Position numbers and translations under genes: made by a program. A stretch of DNA of 64,000 bases, taken from the NCBI GenBank assembly GCA_023252195.1, contig JAHEXI010000008.1, forward strand, positions 96,980 through 160,979. The letters run 5' to 3'. The notes beneath the pieces are model-generated. The model saw only the letters and a list, made by a program, of their open reading frames with translations. It was not told the DNA's origin and ran no database searches. Positions 17,869-27,976 of this stretch are shown here, one piece after another. Every line of letters starts with the position of its first letter. Position 1 is the first letter of the stretch. This DNA is from Pseudonocardiales bacterium. Its GTDB lineage: Bacteria; Actinomycetota; Actinomycetes; Mycobacteriales; Pseudonocardiaceae.

Positions 17869-19941
17869 GTGACAACCCAGGAAACGGTCGGTCCGGAGGG
17901 CCTGGTGATGGGCGAACCCAACGACCCGGTCGAGGTTCCGACGGCGATCGAGCGCGCCGCCCGGCGAGAAGCGGCGCGCACCAACGCGGCAGACAGCAAA
18001 CTGTCCGACGTCAGCTCGCTGCAGATCGGTCCAGCCGCCGGGATGGTCGCACCGCAGCGTGTCCTGCACCGCGTGGTGATGCCCCGGGCGGATGATCCGC
18101 CGGAGGTACGCCCGCTGTACCTCGATGAACCAGAGACGTCACACGGACGCACCGCGGAGGTCGTCAACCGATCGACGGTGACCCTGCCGCCCGCCTGCCA
18201 ACTGTCGTTCGCGACCTACTTCAACGCTTTCCCGGCCAGTTACTGGAAGCGCTGGACCCGGGTGGAGGAGGTGGCGCTGCGGCTGACCGTGCGGGGCGCC
18301 GGACGAGTGGACCTCTACCGCTCGAAGTCCAACGGCGACGTCGTGCACCTCGAAGGCAAGCAGCTCGACGCGGCGGCCGAGCCAGTCCAGCTGGAGTTCC
18401 GCGAGTCGTTGGCGCCGTTCGAGGACGGTGGCTGGGTCTGGTTCGACGTGGCCACCGAGCGTGGCTCGCTGACCGTCACCGACGCCGCGTGGATCGTCGA
18501 CGAGCCGCTGCCGGCCCGTCCGCTGGCGGTGGCGATCACGACCTTCAACCGGCCGGCGGACTGTGTCACCGCGCTGGCCGCGCTGGCCGAGGAGCAGGCG
18601 GTCCTCGACGTCGTCGCGAAGGTATTCGTCGTCGATCAGGGCAGCGTCAAGGTGCGTGATCACCAGCGGTTCGCTGATGTCGCGGTCCAGCTCGGCGACC
18701 GGCTGGTGGTGATCGACCAGGAGAACCTCGGTGGCTCGGGTGGGTTCAGCCGGGGCATGCTCGAGGCGCTGCGCACCACCGGCGTGGAGCACGTGATGTT
18801 GATGGACGACGACGTCCGCCTGGAACCGGACAGTGTGCTGCGGGTCCATGCGTTCGCCAGCGCGACGTCATCGCCGGTGATCGTCGGCGGGCAGATGCTC
18901 AACCTGCAGGTTCGCAGCCAGCTGCACGCCATGGGTGAGATCGTGGACCTGCAGACCAGCTTCTGGCGGCCGGCACCCGGGTCGGTCTACGAGCACGATT
19001 TCGCCAAGCTGACGCTGCGCGAACAACGTTTGCTGCACGCCCGCATCCACTCCACCTACAACGGCTGGTGGATGTGTCTGTTTCCCCGCGAGGTGCTCGA
19101 ACGCACCGGACTGCCGTTGCCGCTGTTCATCAAATGGGACGATGCCGAGTACGCCTTGCGGGCGGCTGAGTGCGGTTTTCCGACTGTCACCCTGCCTGGC
19201 TCGGCGATCTGGCACATGCCCTGGACCGACAAGGACGACGCGACCGACTGGACGGCCTATTTCCACCTGCGAAACCGGCTGATCACCCTGGCGTTGCACA
19301 GCCCGTATGACGTCCGCAGGGCGCTTGTGCAAGATGGCCTGCGTACCACCTTCAAACACCTGATGGCGATGGAGTACTCGACCGTCGCGCTGCACCACAA
19401 GTCGATCGAGGATTTCCTCGCCGGCCCGGAACGTCTGTTTGCGTCGCTGCGCGACGGGCTGCCCGCCGTCCGCAGCTTGCGCGAGGGTTACGACGACGCT
19501 CGGATCCTTCCGTCGGCCCAGCAACTGCCGATGCCGTTGTTCGATCCGGTTCGCATCGAGCGCCTGCTCGACCCGCCGGTGCACCCGGCCGCCATTGCCA
19601 AGCGTGCGCTGTCCACGATCGCCCATCACCTGCGTTCACCGGCACCGCCGACCCGCGACCGCCCCCAGATCAACGTGCCGGCCCGCAACGCCCGCTGGTT
19701 CGTGCTCGGCATGGTCGACTCAGCCACAGTCTCGAACTCCGATGGCAGCGGTGTCGCCTTCCGCAGGCGGGATCCGCAGCAATTCCGTGCCTTGCTCGCC
19801 CGCACGATCGTGCTCTACCGGCAGCTGGTCGCGGAGTGGAGTGTGACGGCGCAACGCTACCGCGGCGCGGTACCAGAGCTCACCTCTGTCGATTCCTGGG
19901 AGCAGATGTTCAAGGGTGGCGAACCGCCGCGGTGCCCTTGA
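17869..19941 (+). CDS. GlfT2-like bifunctional galactofuranosyltransferase paralog (GT2)
   Basis: SFATYFNAFPASYWKRWT, TTFNRPADCV, ENLGGSGGFSRGM and MLMDDDV (DDD) are collinear with the glf-linked GlfT2 at 27977-29980. The N-terminal start is uncertain. Confidence 0.8.
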   Translation: MTTQETVGPEGLVMGEPNDPVEVPTAIERAARREAARTNAADSKLSDVSSLQIGPAAGMVAPQRVLHRVVMPRADDPPEVRPLYLDEPETSHGRTAEVVNRSTVTLPPACQLSFATYFNAFPASYWKRWTRVEEVALRLTVRGAGRVDLYRSKSNGDVVHLEGKQLDAAAEPVQLEFRESLAPFEDGGWVWFDVATERGSLTVTDAAWIVDEPLPARPLAVAITTFNRPADCVTALAALAEEQAVLDVVAKVFVVDQGSVKVRDHQRFADVAVQLGDRLVVIDQENLGGSGGFSRGMLEALRTTGVEHVMLMDDDVRLEPDSVLRVHAFASATSSPVIVGGQMLNLQVRSQLHAMGEIVDLQTSFWRPAPGSVYEHDFAKLTLREQRLLHARIHSTYNGWWMCLFPREVLERTGLPLPLFIKWDDAEYALRAAECGFPTVTLPGSAIWHMPWTDKDDATDWTAYFHLRNRLITLALHSPYDVRRALVQDGLRTTFKHLMAMEYSTVALHHKSIEDFLAGPERLFASLRDGLPAVRSLREGYDDARILPSAQQLPMPLFDPVRIERLLDPPVHPAAIAKRALSTIAHHLRSPAPPTRDRPQINVPARNARWFVLGMVDSATVSNSDGSGVAFRRRDPQQFRALLARTIVLYRQLVAEWSVTAQRYRGAVPELTSVDSWEQMFKGGEPPRCP

Positions 19942-19952
19942 GCTCGGCGGAG

Positions 19953-21278
19953 CTATCCGTCTCCTGAGGCCTTCCTCGCCAGGCTGGCGCGGACGGTGAC
20001 GGCCATGATCACGACCACCACGGCCGGTCCGGCGAGTTGCGCCGCCACCGCGGCCAGCAGCGGGGCAGTCGGGGCGAACAGCAGCGCGCCGAAGACGACG
20101 GTGCCGACGATCCACGCCGACATCGCCGTCCGGTGCTCGCCCAGCGCCACCAGCGCGGGCTGCAGGACCTGCGCGATCATCATGATCACCGTGCTCAGCC
20201 CGAGCAGGGCGGCGACCAGCCAGGGGAGCTCGAAGGGAGCGTTGAAGAACACGCGAGCGGCCCAGGGGCCGGCGATCGCCGCGCCCACGACGCCCAACAG
20301 GCCGATCGCACCCGTCACGCCGACCACGGACCGGATTTGCCGCCACACCCGCGCGGTCTCTCCGCGCTCGACGGCAGCGGTGAGCGACGGCAGCAGGAAT
20401 GCCTGCACGGGTGAGAACAGGAACAGCGGGATCCTGGCGAGCACGAACAGCGAGACGAAGCTGGCCGCCGTGCCGGGATCGTCGGTGAGTCGCGAGGTCA
20501 GCACCACCGGCGCGATGTTTGCCAGTAGCAGGGTCAGTGCCGAGGCGGCCGCGAGAAACCCGACGCCACGAGCCATCCGTGGCAGACCCAGCGGCGGTCC
20601 AGGGGCGCCGGGGCGGACCCCACCGACCGTCGCCGCGACGGCCAGCACCGTTCCGAGCGCGAACGCGAACCCGAACGCCGCCGTACCAGCTTCAGTACCA
20701 GCGATACCTACCCAGACCAGCACCACCGACGGGATCAGCCGGGCCAACCCCTCGGCTGCGAGGCTGGCCCCGTACCAGCCGTACCGCTGCTGCCCGCTGA
20801 ACAGACCCCGGACAACGTGCACCGACGCGGACCCGGCGACGGCGACGACTACCGCGACAAGCAACGACCACGCCCCACCGAACACCCGGTGCACCAGCAG
20901 TGGAGACAGCGCGAGCAGCAGGGCGAGCACCGCGGCCGCGAGCACCGCGCTGGTCACCGTGGCGGACCGCAGCACTGGCCGAGTTGGGCGGTCGGTGGAG
21001 ATCCGGCTGCTGACCTCCCGGCTGGTCTCCTGCTCGACAGCCACGAAGACGCCAGGTCCGACCACCGCAGTGAGCAAGTACAGCGACGCCACCGCCGCGT
21101 ACGCGCGAGGCGCCAGCGCATGACCGGCGAGGCCGAGGAAGGCATACGCGGAGATACCGAGCAGGCCTAGCCCGGCGCCGACCGGTGCGACATCCGGGAG
21201 CCGCGCGCGCAGCTGAGCCAGCGCGGAGCTGCTGTTCGGGTCCAGCGCGGAGCTGCTGTTTGGCCCTAGTCGCAGCAC
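19953..21278 (-). CDS. Polysaccharide/oligosaccharide flippase (MOP/Wzx-like, multi-TM)
   Basis: 441 aa, about 12-14 hydrophobic helices, Ala/Leu/Val-rich. Located in a glycan cluster. The start is uncertain. Confidence 0.65.
   Translation of the reverse strand: MLRLGPNSSSALDPNSSSALAQLRARLPDVAPVGAGLGLLGISAYAFLGLAGHALAPRAYAAVASLYLLTAVVGPGVFVAVEQETSREVSSRISTDRPTRPVLRSATVTSAVLAAAVLALLLALSPLLVHRVFGGAWSLLVAVVVAVAGSASVHVVRGLFSGQQRYGWYGASLAAEGLARLIPSVVLVWVGIAGTEAGTAAFGFAFALGTVLAVAATVGGVRPGAPGPPLGLPRMARGVGFLAAASALTLLLANIAPVVLTSRLTDDPGTAASFVSLFVLARIPLFLFSPVQAFLLPSLTAAVERGETARVWRQIRSVVGVTGAIGLLGVVGAAIAGPWAARVFFNAPFELPWLVAALLGLSTVIMMIAQVLQPALVALGEHRTAMSAWIVGTVVFGALLFAPTAPLLAAVAAQLAGPAVVVVIMAVTVRASLARKASGDG
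21218..21265. repeat. 24-bp tandem duplication at the 5' end of the flippase ORF
   Basis: CCAGCGCGGAGCTGCTGTTCGGGT / CCAGCGCGGAGCTGCTGTTTGGCC encodes (G/D)PNSSSAL twice if translated. Confidence 0.8.
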
Positions 21279-21344
21279 GCCGCAACGGTACGGGATCCAA
21301 CATTGAGGACCCGCGCGGCCAGTACCTGCTCCTGATCCGCATCG

Positions 21345-23441
21345 GTGAGGAGTGACCGGCTAATGTGCCGCGTGCCCGACGTACTGCTCCTGCTGGTGGC
21401 GTTGCTGGTCTGCTACCTGCCTGGGCTGGCGTTGATGGCGGCGTTGGGCGTGCGGTCCGGCGTGCTGCTGATGGGTCTTGCGCCTGCGGTGTCGGTGGGC
21501 GTGGCGGTGGTAACCGGCGTCGGGACTGCGATCCTCGGGGTGGCCTTCGGTGCCACCCCGCTGGGGGTGGTCACAGCCGTGATGTTCGCGGTTGCCGCCG
21601 GACTCGAGGTGCGCCGGCGCTCAAAGCAGGGACGTCAAAGAGGACGTGGGCGCCCCGCCACCGGGTGGGTGGTGCAGGCGGTCGGTGCGGTGCTGGTGGC
21701 CGCCGGCGCCGCCGCCGGCGTCGGCACCTGGTTGCGGGGGATAGGTCCATTGTCGACCGTCCCCCAAGAGCACGACATGATTGTCCATGCCGTGCTGTCG
21801 GCGTACATCCAACGCACCGGTCATGCGGCCCCATGGCAGCTGATGCCAGCCGATGTCCTGACCGGCGCGCCGGTGGTTTTCTACCCGGCGGGGCTGCATC
21901 TGCTGGTGGCGGTCGCTGGCGGCCTCACCGGTGGCACCGTACCGGCGCTCAACGCCGTGACCGTCGTCGTGCTGGCAGTGAGCCTGTCGCTGTCAGCGGC
22001 GACCCTGACTGTGGTGGCGGCCCGCCAGCTACGGCTAGGTCTCCCAACTGCGATGCTCGCGGCCGGCGTCGCGGCGCTGGTGGCGTCGGGGCTGTACCGG
22101 CCGACCTTCCAGCTGATGCACGACGGCGGCCTGCTCACCGGCGGCGCCGCTCTGGCGCTGACGCCGGGCGTGGTCGCCGGGGTACTGATGTTGCCTAGAC
22201 TGCCGCGCAGATCGGCGGTGGCGGTCGGGGCGGCGTGCGCCGGTGTGGTGGCTGTGCATCCCAGCGCAGCGGTCTCGGTGGGAGTGACGGTCATCGCGTG
22301 GTGGGTGGGGCAGGCGCTGACCCGCCAGGGGCGCCAGCAGCTGCGCGGCCAGCGCCATCTGGTCGGGTTGCTGGTCACAGCCGGGACAGCGGTGATGCTC
22401 GGTGCCGGAACACTCGCAGGGGCGATGGCGGCCGGTGGGCGAACCAACGGGTGGCCGCCGGACATCTCGCCTACCCCGTTCGGCGATGCGGTGGGCAGCA
22501 CACTGGCGCTGTCCTACGGCGGGCATCTCGACCCGCACCGCTCCCTGGGCCAGCTCGTGGCGGCCGTTCTCGTCGCGCTCGGCGTGGTCGCGGTGGTCGC
22601 GCTGCGCCGCGGGTTCGGCCCGGTGACCGCCTGGGCGGCGTGGAGCCTGGTGACGATCGGTGCGTTCCTGAGCCCCGGCTCATGGCCGGTGTCCCTGATC
22701 ACCGGGTTCTTCTACAACGCACAGCTGCGCGTGTGGTCACATGTATCGCTGCTGGCACCGGTACTCGCGGCACTCGGAGTGGTGCTCACCGCGAACCAGT
22801 GCGCCGTGTGGTTGCGCCGGCACTGTCCCGTCCCGGTTTTGGCCCTTACCCCGGTCCGGGCGGCGGCGGCCATGCTCGTGGTGTTGGCCTGGCTGGGATA
22901 TCTGCTGGGGCCGGCCTCGCGCTATGCCCACACCAACGTCACGGCGGTGGCGTCGCGCTACCTGACCCCCGACTTCGTCCGGGTGAACGCCGATGACCAG
23001 CGCGCCATCAGCTGGCTAGCCGGACACATCCGCCCTGGTCAGCGGGTTCTGAACTCGGCCAACGACGGTTCCACCTACCTGTACGTCGAGCGCGGCGTGC
23101 CGGTGTTGAATGTCAACACCCTGGGAGTGCAAGGCCTGCCCTACACATATCGGCTGCTGGAGTCCTTCCGCTCGTACCCGACCGACAGGCAGCTGCGCGC
23201 CGTCCTGCTGCGGTACAACGTGGCCTGGGTGTATGTCGACTCCCGGGCGCCGACGATCGGTTCCGCTGGATCGCCCGAGAACTGGGCGGGGACCGCAGGT
23301 TTCACCCTGGCGCCGGGTCTTGCCGATCTAGCCGGGCTGCCTGGGCTGGTTCCCGTGTTCATCAGCGGCTCGGTCACCGTCTATTCCCTCGACCTCAGCG
23401 TGCTGCGGACGCTATCGGGGCGCACAGTGCGCATGCGGTAG
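21345..23441 (+). CDS. Large polytopic membrane protein with C-terminal extracytoplasmic domain (GT-C-like glycosyltransferase/polymerase candidate)
   Basis: 698 aa. About 14 TM helices are followed by a soluble tail of about 170 aa (..NVAWVYVDSRAP..). Divergent from the flippase gene. Confidence 0.5.
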   Translation: MRSDRLMCRVPDVLLLLVALLVCYLPGLALMAALGVRSGVLLMGLAPAVSVGVAVVTGVGTAILGVAFGATPLGVVTAVMFAVAAGLEVRRRSKQGRQRGRGRPATGWVVQAVGAVLVAAGAAAGVGTWLRGIGPLSTVPQEHDMIVHAVLSAYIQRTGHAAPWQLMPADVLTGAPVVFYPAGLHLLVAVAGGLTGGTVPALNAVTVVVLAVSLSLSAATLTVVAARQLRLGLPTAMLAAGVAALVASGLYRPTFQLMHDGGLLTGGAALALTPGVVAGVLMLPRLPRRSAVAVGAACAGVVAVHPSAAVSVGVTVIAWWVGQALTRQGRQQLRGQRHLVGLLVTAGTAVMLGAGTLAGAMAAGGRTNGWPPDISPTPFGDAVGSTLALSYGGHLDPHRSLGQLVAAVLVALGVVAVVALRRGFGPVTAWAAWSLVTIGAFLSPGSWPVSLITGFFYNAQLRVWSHVSLLAPVLAALGVVLTANQCAVWLRRHCPVPVLALTPVRAAAAMLVVLAWLGYLLGPASRYAHTNVTAVASRYLTPDFVRVNADDQRAISWLAGHIRPGQRVLNSANDGSTYLYVERGVPVLNVNTLGVQGLPYTYRLLESFRSYPTDRQLRAVLLRYNVAWVYVDSRAPTIGSAGSPENWAGTAGFTLAPGLADLAGLPGLVPVFISGSVTVYSLDLSVLRTLSGRTVRMR

Positions 23442-23492
23442 TGCCGGCACCAGGCGGGTTGAAACAGTAAGGTCCCCGCTAGCCTGCAAGCC

Positions 23493-24449
23493 ATGCGGGC
23501 GGTGGTGACCGGGGGGGCCGGCTTCATCGGTTCGAACATCGTCGATGGTCTCGTTGACGCCGGGGCCGAGGTGCTGGTCGTCGATGATCTGAGCCAGGGT
23601 TCGCGGGCCAATCTCGAGCTCGCGCTCAGTCGCACCGCCCGCCTGATCGAGTTGGATGTCCGCGATGGTCTCGCTGTCGACGAGGTATTCCGGTCGTTCC
23701 GGCCGGAGCTGGTGTTCCACCTCGCCGCCCAGATCGACGTGCGGGTCTCGATGGACGAACCCGCGCGCGACGCGGCCGTCAACGTGCTGGGGTCGGTGAA
23801 TGTGTTCGCCGCCGCCCACGCCGTCGGCGCGCGCCGGGTGGTGAACACCTCAACCGGTGGCGCGATCTACGGCGAGTCGGCAGTGGTGCCCACCTCGGAA
23901 GCCGTTGCAGCCGACCCCGTCTCAGCCTACGGACTGAGCAAGCTCACCGCGGAGCGCTACGCCCGCTGGTTTCACCGGATGCACGGGCTAGACGTGGTGA
24001 CGTTGCGGTACGGCAACGTCTACGGCCCCCGGCAGGATCCCCGCTGCGATGCCGGTGTCATCGCGATCTTCTGCGATCGAGTCCTCGCTGGGCGCAGACC
24101 AATCGTCTACGGCGATGGGCGCCAGACCCGCGATTACGTCTTCGTGGCCGACATCGTGGCGGCCAACCTGGCCATCGCCCGGGCCGTTGCGCCAGCGCAC
24201 CGCGAGTACAACGTGGGTACCGGCACCGAGGTCACGGTGCTGGAGCTGGCCCAGGCGGTTGCGACGGCGGCGGGCGTTGACCCGGTGGACTTCGAGCCGG
24301 ACTTCGTACCTGCCCGCCCCGGCGAACTCCTCCGCAGCTGCCTCGACGTCACCCGCGCCCGATCCGATCTGGGCCTGCAGCTTCCCACGCCGCTGCCCGA
24401 AGGGCTCGCTTGCACCGTGGATTGGGTCCGCTCGGTGGACGTCCGCTAA
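23493..24449 (+). CDS. NAD-dependent nucleotide-sugar epimerase/dehydratase (GalE-like)
   Basis: VTGGAGFIGSN, YGLSK catalytic YxxxK, and the extended SDR pattern. 318 aa. Confidence 0.9.
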   Translation: MRAVVTGGAGFIGSNIVDGLVDAGAEVLVVDDLSQGSRANLELALSRTARLIELDVRDGLAVDEVFRSFRPELVFHLAAQIDVRVSMDEPARDAAVNVLGSVNVFAAAHAVGARRVVNTSTGGAIYGESAVVPTSEAVAADPVSAYGLSKLTAERYARWFHRMHGLDVVTLRYGNVYGPRQDPRCDAGVIAIFCDRVLAGRRPIVYGDGRQTRDYVFVADIVAANLAIARAVAPAHREYNVGTGTEVTVLELAQAVATAAGVDPVDFEPDFVPARPGELLRSCLDVTRARSDLGLQLPTPLPEGLACTVDWVRSVDVR

Positions 24450-25351
24450 TTCCGACCGTACGTCGCTACGACTTCGTGTAGGCGCGACAGCAGGTGCCTA
24501 TCGGCTGCTCGGGCCGCCCTGGCCCAGCCGTGACGAGTGAGTTCTGCGCTGATCTCCCGGTAATACCGGCGTTCTTCCTCGAAGCGTCGACCGGTGCGCG
24601 CTCTGGTCGATGAGTCGTTGCTGGCATGTCGACGGTAATGAAATGCGATCTCCGCAGGTAGTGCGATGGTACCGCCAACCATGAGCATATCGATCGTGTG
24701 GCTGAGATCGGAGATCGCATCGACATCGCGGTGTGCCCGGGTCCGTTCGATGACGTCTCGACGGAAAGCTAGGGAGGGAAGGTATGTCCAGTTCCCCCGC
24801 AGCAAGCTCGTGACGGCATCCTCGCCGCCGATCTCGCCACGGCGGCGCGCCGCCCAGGACGCAGCCCGTTTGACTCGATCCGCGAGTGGGGTGATGGGCT
24901 CGTCGTGTTCGCCGACGACGGCCACGCCCGGTTGAACGATGATGGCGCTCGGGTGGTCGAGAAATGCTCTCTCGATCACATCGATATAGTTGGGGAGGAG
25001 CAGATCGTCTGCGCCCAAGCTCGTGACATAGCGGGCTGTGCTCTCAGCACCAAGCTGGAATGCCCGGTATAGGTTGCCCGCTATGCCGAGGTTGCATTCG
25101 TTTCGTAGATACCGTATACGCGCGTCATCGAGTTGATCAATATGGTCGGCGGCCTTCGTGTCCGGGTTACAGTCATCGATGACGGTCATTGTCCAGTCAG
25201 CCCGATTGAGCCGTTGAGCGCTCGCGATCGTGGCGAACAAGTAGTGATCTGCGCCGTAAAAGGGTATGACGAAATGGACGGTGGCAAGGTTGCCCGAGTG
25301 CGGTGTCACGGCCGCAGGATAGAGCAACTCGCCTCGCCGGCTCCACCGCAC
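24446..25351 (-). CDS. Glycosyltransferase family 2
   Basis: HFVIPFYGADHYL...VIDDCNPD...LGADDLL has the GT-A DxD features. It converges on the epimerase gene with a 4-nt overlap. Confidence 0.75.
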   Translation of the reverse strand: MRWSRRGELLYPAAVTPHSGNLATVHFVIPFYGADHYLFATIASAQRLNRADWTMTVIDDCNPDTKAADHIDQLDDARIRYLRNECNLGIAGNLYRAFQLGAESTARYVTSLGADDLLLPNYIDVIERAFLDHPSAIIVQPGVAVVGEHDEPITPLADRVKRAASWAARRRGEIGGEDAVTSLLRGNWTYLPSLAFRRDVIERTRAHRDVDAISDLSHTIDMLMVGGTIALPAEIAFHYRRHASNDSSTRARTGRRFEEERRYYREISAELTRHGWARAARAADRHLLSRLHEVVATYGRN

Positions 25352-25385
25352 CGAGTCGGATCTGACGCCGAGCAGGCGAGAGCGC

Positions 25386-25808
25386 TCACTGAGTTTTGGA
25401 CGACCGAGTTTGGGACGACTGGGGCTCGGTGACCAGTGGCTCGGTGACCAGTGGCTCGGTGACCAGCCCGCGGTCGCGGTTGGTCAGCTCGGCGTCCCGC
25501 AACGCCACGGTACGAGCCAGATCGGTCAGGTGGTTGCTGATCTCGCGCTGGCGAAGGTAGGTGTTCAGCATGCCGAACACGAAGGCGACGACCAACAGAT
25601 ACACCACCAGATCGGTGCCACGCCCGACGCCAATCTGCTGCGCGGTCCACGTCATATCGTCGGGCCGCAGCACCGCGTAGATGTTCACCACGATGAACGC
25701 GAAGAACGCGATCCGCTTGCTCGCGCGGATGTGGACGTTGTGCGCCAAGCGTACGAAGTAAACTAGAGCGCCGAGTGCCGCGAGGACGAGAAGGACCTGC
25801 ACGATCAT
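25386..25808 (-). CDS. DUF2304-family small membrane protein (Rv3632-like)
   Basis: 140 aa with three TM helices (MIVQVLLVLAALGALVYFV...). Immediately downstream of a PpgS-like GT2, as in M. tuberculosis Rv3631-Rv3632. Confidence 0.7.
   Translation of the reverse strand: MIVQVLLVLAALGALVYFVRLAHNVHIRASKRIAFFAFIVVNIYAVLRPDDMTWTAQQIGVGRGTDLVVYLLVVAFVFGMLNTYLRQREISNHLTDLARTVALRDAELTNRDRGLVTEPLVTEPLVTEPQSSQTRSSKTQ
25390..25467. repeat. In-frame 15-bp tandem repeats in the DUF2304 C-terminal tail
   Basis: GGCTCGGTGACCAG(T/C) x3 (25423-25467, encoding LVTEP x3), plus GAGTTT(T)GGACGAC x2 (25390-25419). Confidence 0.75.
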
Positions 25809-25815
25809 GGCACGC

Positions 25816-26508
25816 TCACCTCTGGTCGCGCACGGCCAGGTCGAACAGGATGTTGATCCCGTTGATGAGGGGCTGGCCCTTGCTTGTTGAGTATTCGGTG
25901 TAACGGATCGTCACCGGTAGCTCCCGCACTGTCCACGACGACCGTGCCAGCAGCGAGACGAGCTCCGATGCGTGAGCCATGCCGTTCATCCTGATGCGCA
26001 GCTGCCCCGCGACCGCGCGGTTGAAGACCCGCAGCCCGTTGTGTGCATCGGTGAGGTGCATCTTGCGCGCCACCGGACTCAGCGCCACCACCAGGCCCAG
26101 CGTGATGCGCTTGAGCAGCGGCACCCGGTGTGGCCGGCCCTCGTGCTGATCGAGGAAACGGGAGCCCAGGACGACGTCGGCAAAACCGCTGCGGGCCGCG
26201 TCGACCATGCGGCCGGCATCGGCGACCCGATGCTGACCGTCCGCGTCGAAGGTCACGAAGAACCGACCGCCCGGACGGGCCAGCGCGTAGCACAACCCGG
26301 TCTGCAAGGCCGCACCCTGTCCCAGGTTGATCGGGTGCCGAACCAGGTGCGCCGCGGTCGTGGCGATCTGCGCCGCGGATCCATCGGTGCTGCCGTCGTC
26401 CACGCACACAATGTTGCGGAACGTCGTGTGAAGGTCGGCGACAACTTGCGCGATCACGGTCACCTCGTTGTACACGGGGATGATCACCCACGTGTCGTCA
26501 TTGGCCAT
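25816..26508 (-). CDS. GT2 polyprenyl-phosphate glycosyltransferase (PpgS/Rv3631-like, DPM1-type)
   Basis: ATG 26508 lies 6 nt after AGGAG. Has WVIIPVYNEV...VCVDDGSTDGS...FDADGQH. 230 aa; the ORF is open to 26679. Confidence 0.75.
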   Translation of the reverse strand: MANDDTWVIIPVYNEVTVIAQVVADLHTTFRNIVCVDDGSTDGSAAQIATTAAHLVRHPINLGQGAALQTGLCYALARPGGRFFVTFDADGQHRVADAGRMVDAARSGFADVVLGSRFLDQHEGRPHRVPLLKRITLGLVVALSPVARKMHLTDAHNGLRVFNRAVAGQLRIRMNGMAHASELVSLLARSSWTVRELPVTIRYTEYSTSKGQPLINGINILFDLAVRDQR

Positions 26509-26552
26509 CTGCGACTCCTGATCGCCGGGCGAGGCGTCGTCGCGCAGGGTAG

Positions 26553-27866
<1,314 letters not shown>

Positions 27867-27976
27867 ACTGCGGACACGTCATGGAGGGGTAGCCGACCCG
27901 TTACGGGTCGCTGCCGAGGGCTACCCTCTGGCGACGTCAACACCGAGTCCGTCACACCGCCAGTACTGGGGAGTCC

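Noticed and set aside
21218-21265. The 24-bp tandem duplication as a degenerate family A element (shared GCGGAGCTGCTGT-like string).
   Set aside because: It has no CCCGAACTCCAC arm and no inverted symmetry. The similarity is limited to a GC-rich 10-mer.
21345-23441. AftA (GT85 priming arabinofuranosyltransferase), expected near emb/dprE genes.
   Set aside because: The sequence does not resemble the AftA motifs I recall (for example PPFYPPGWFWIGG). Its C-terminal domain looks different, and its genomic context is the flippase/GlfT2-paralog locus. It is kept as a generic GT-C-like membrane protein.
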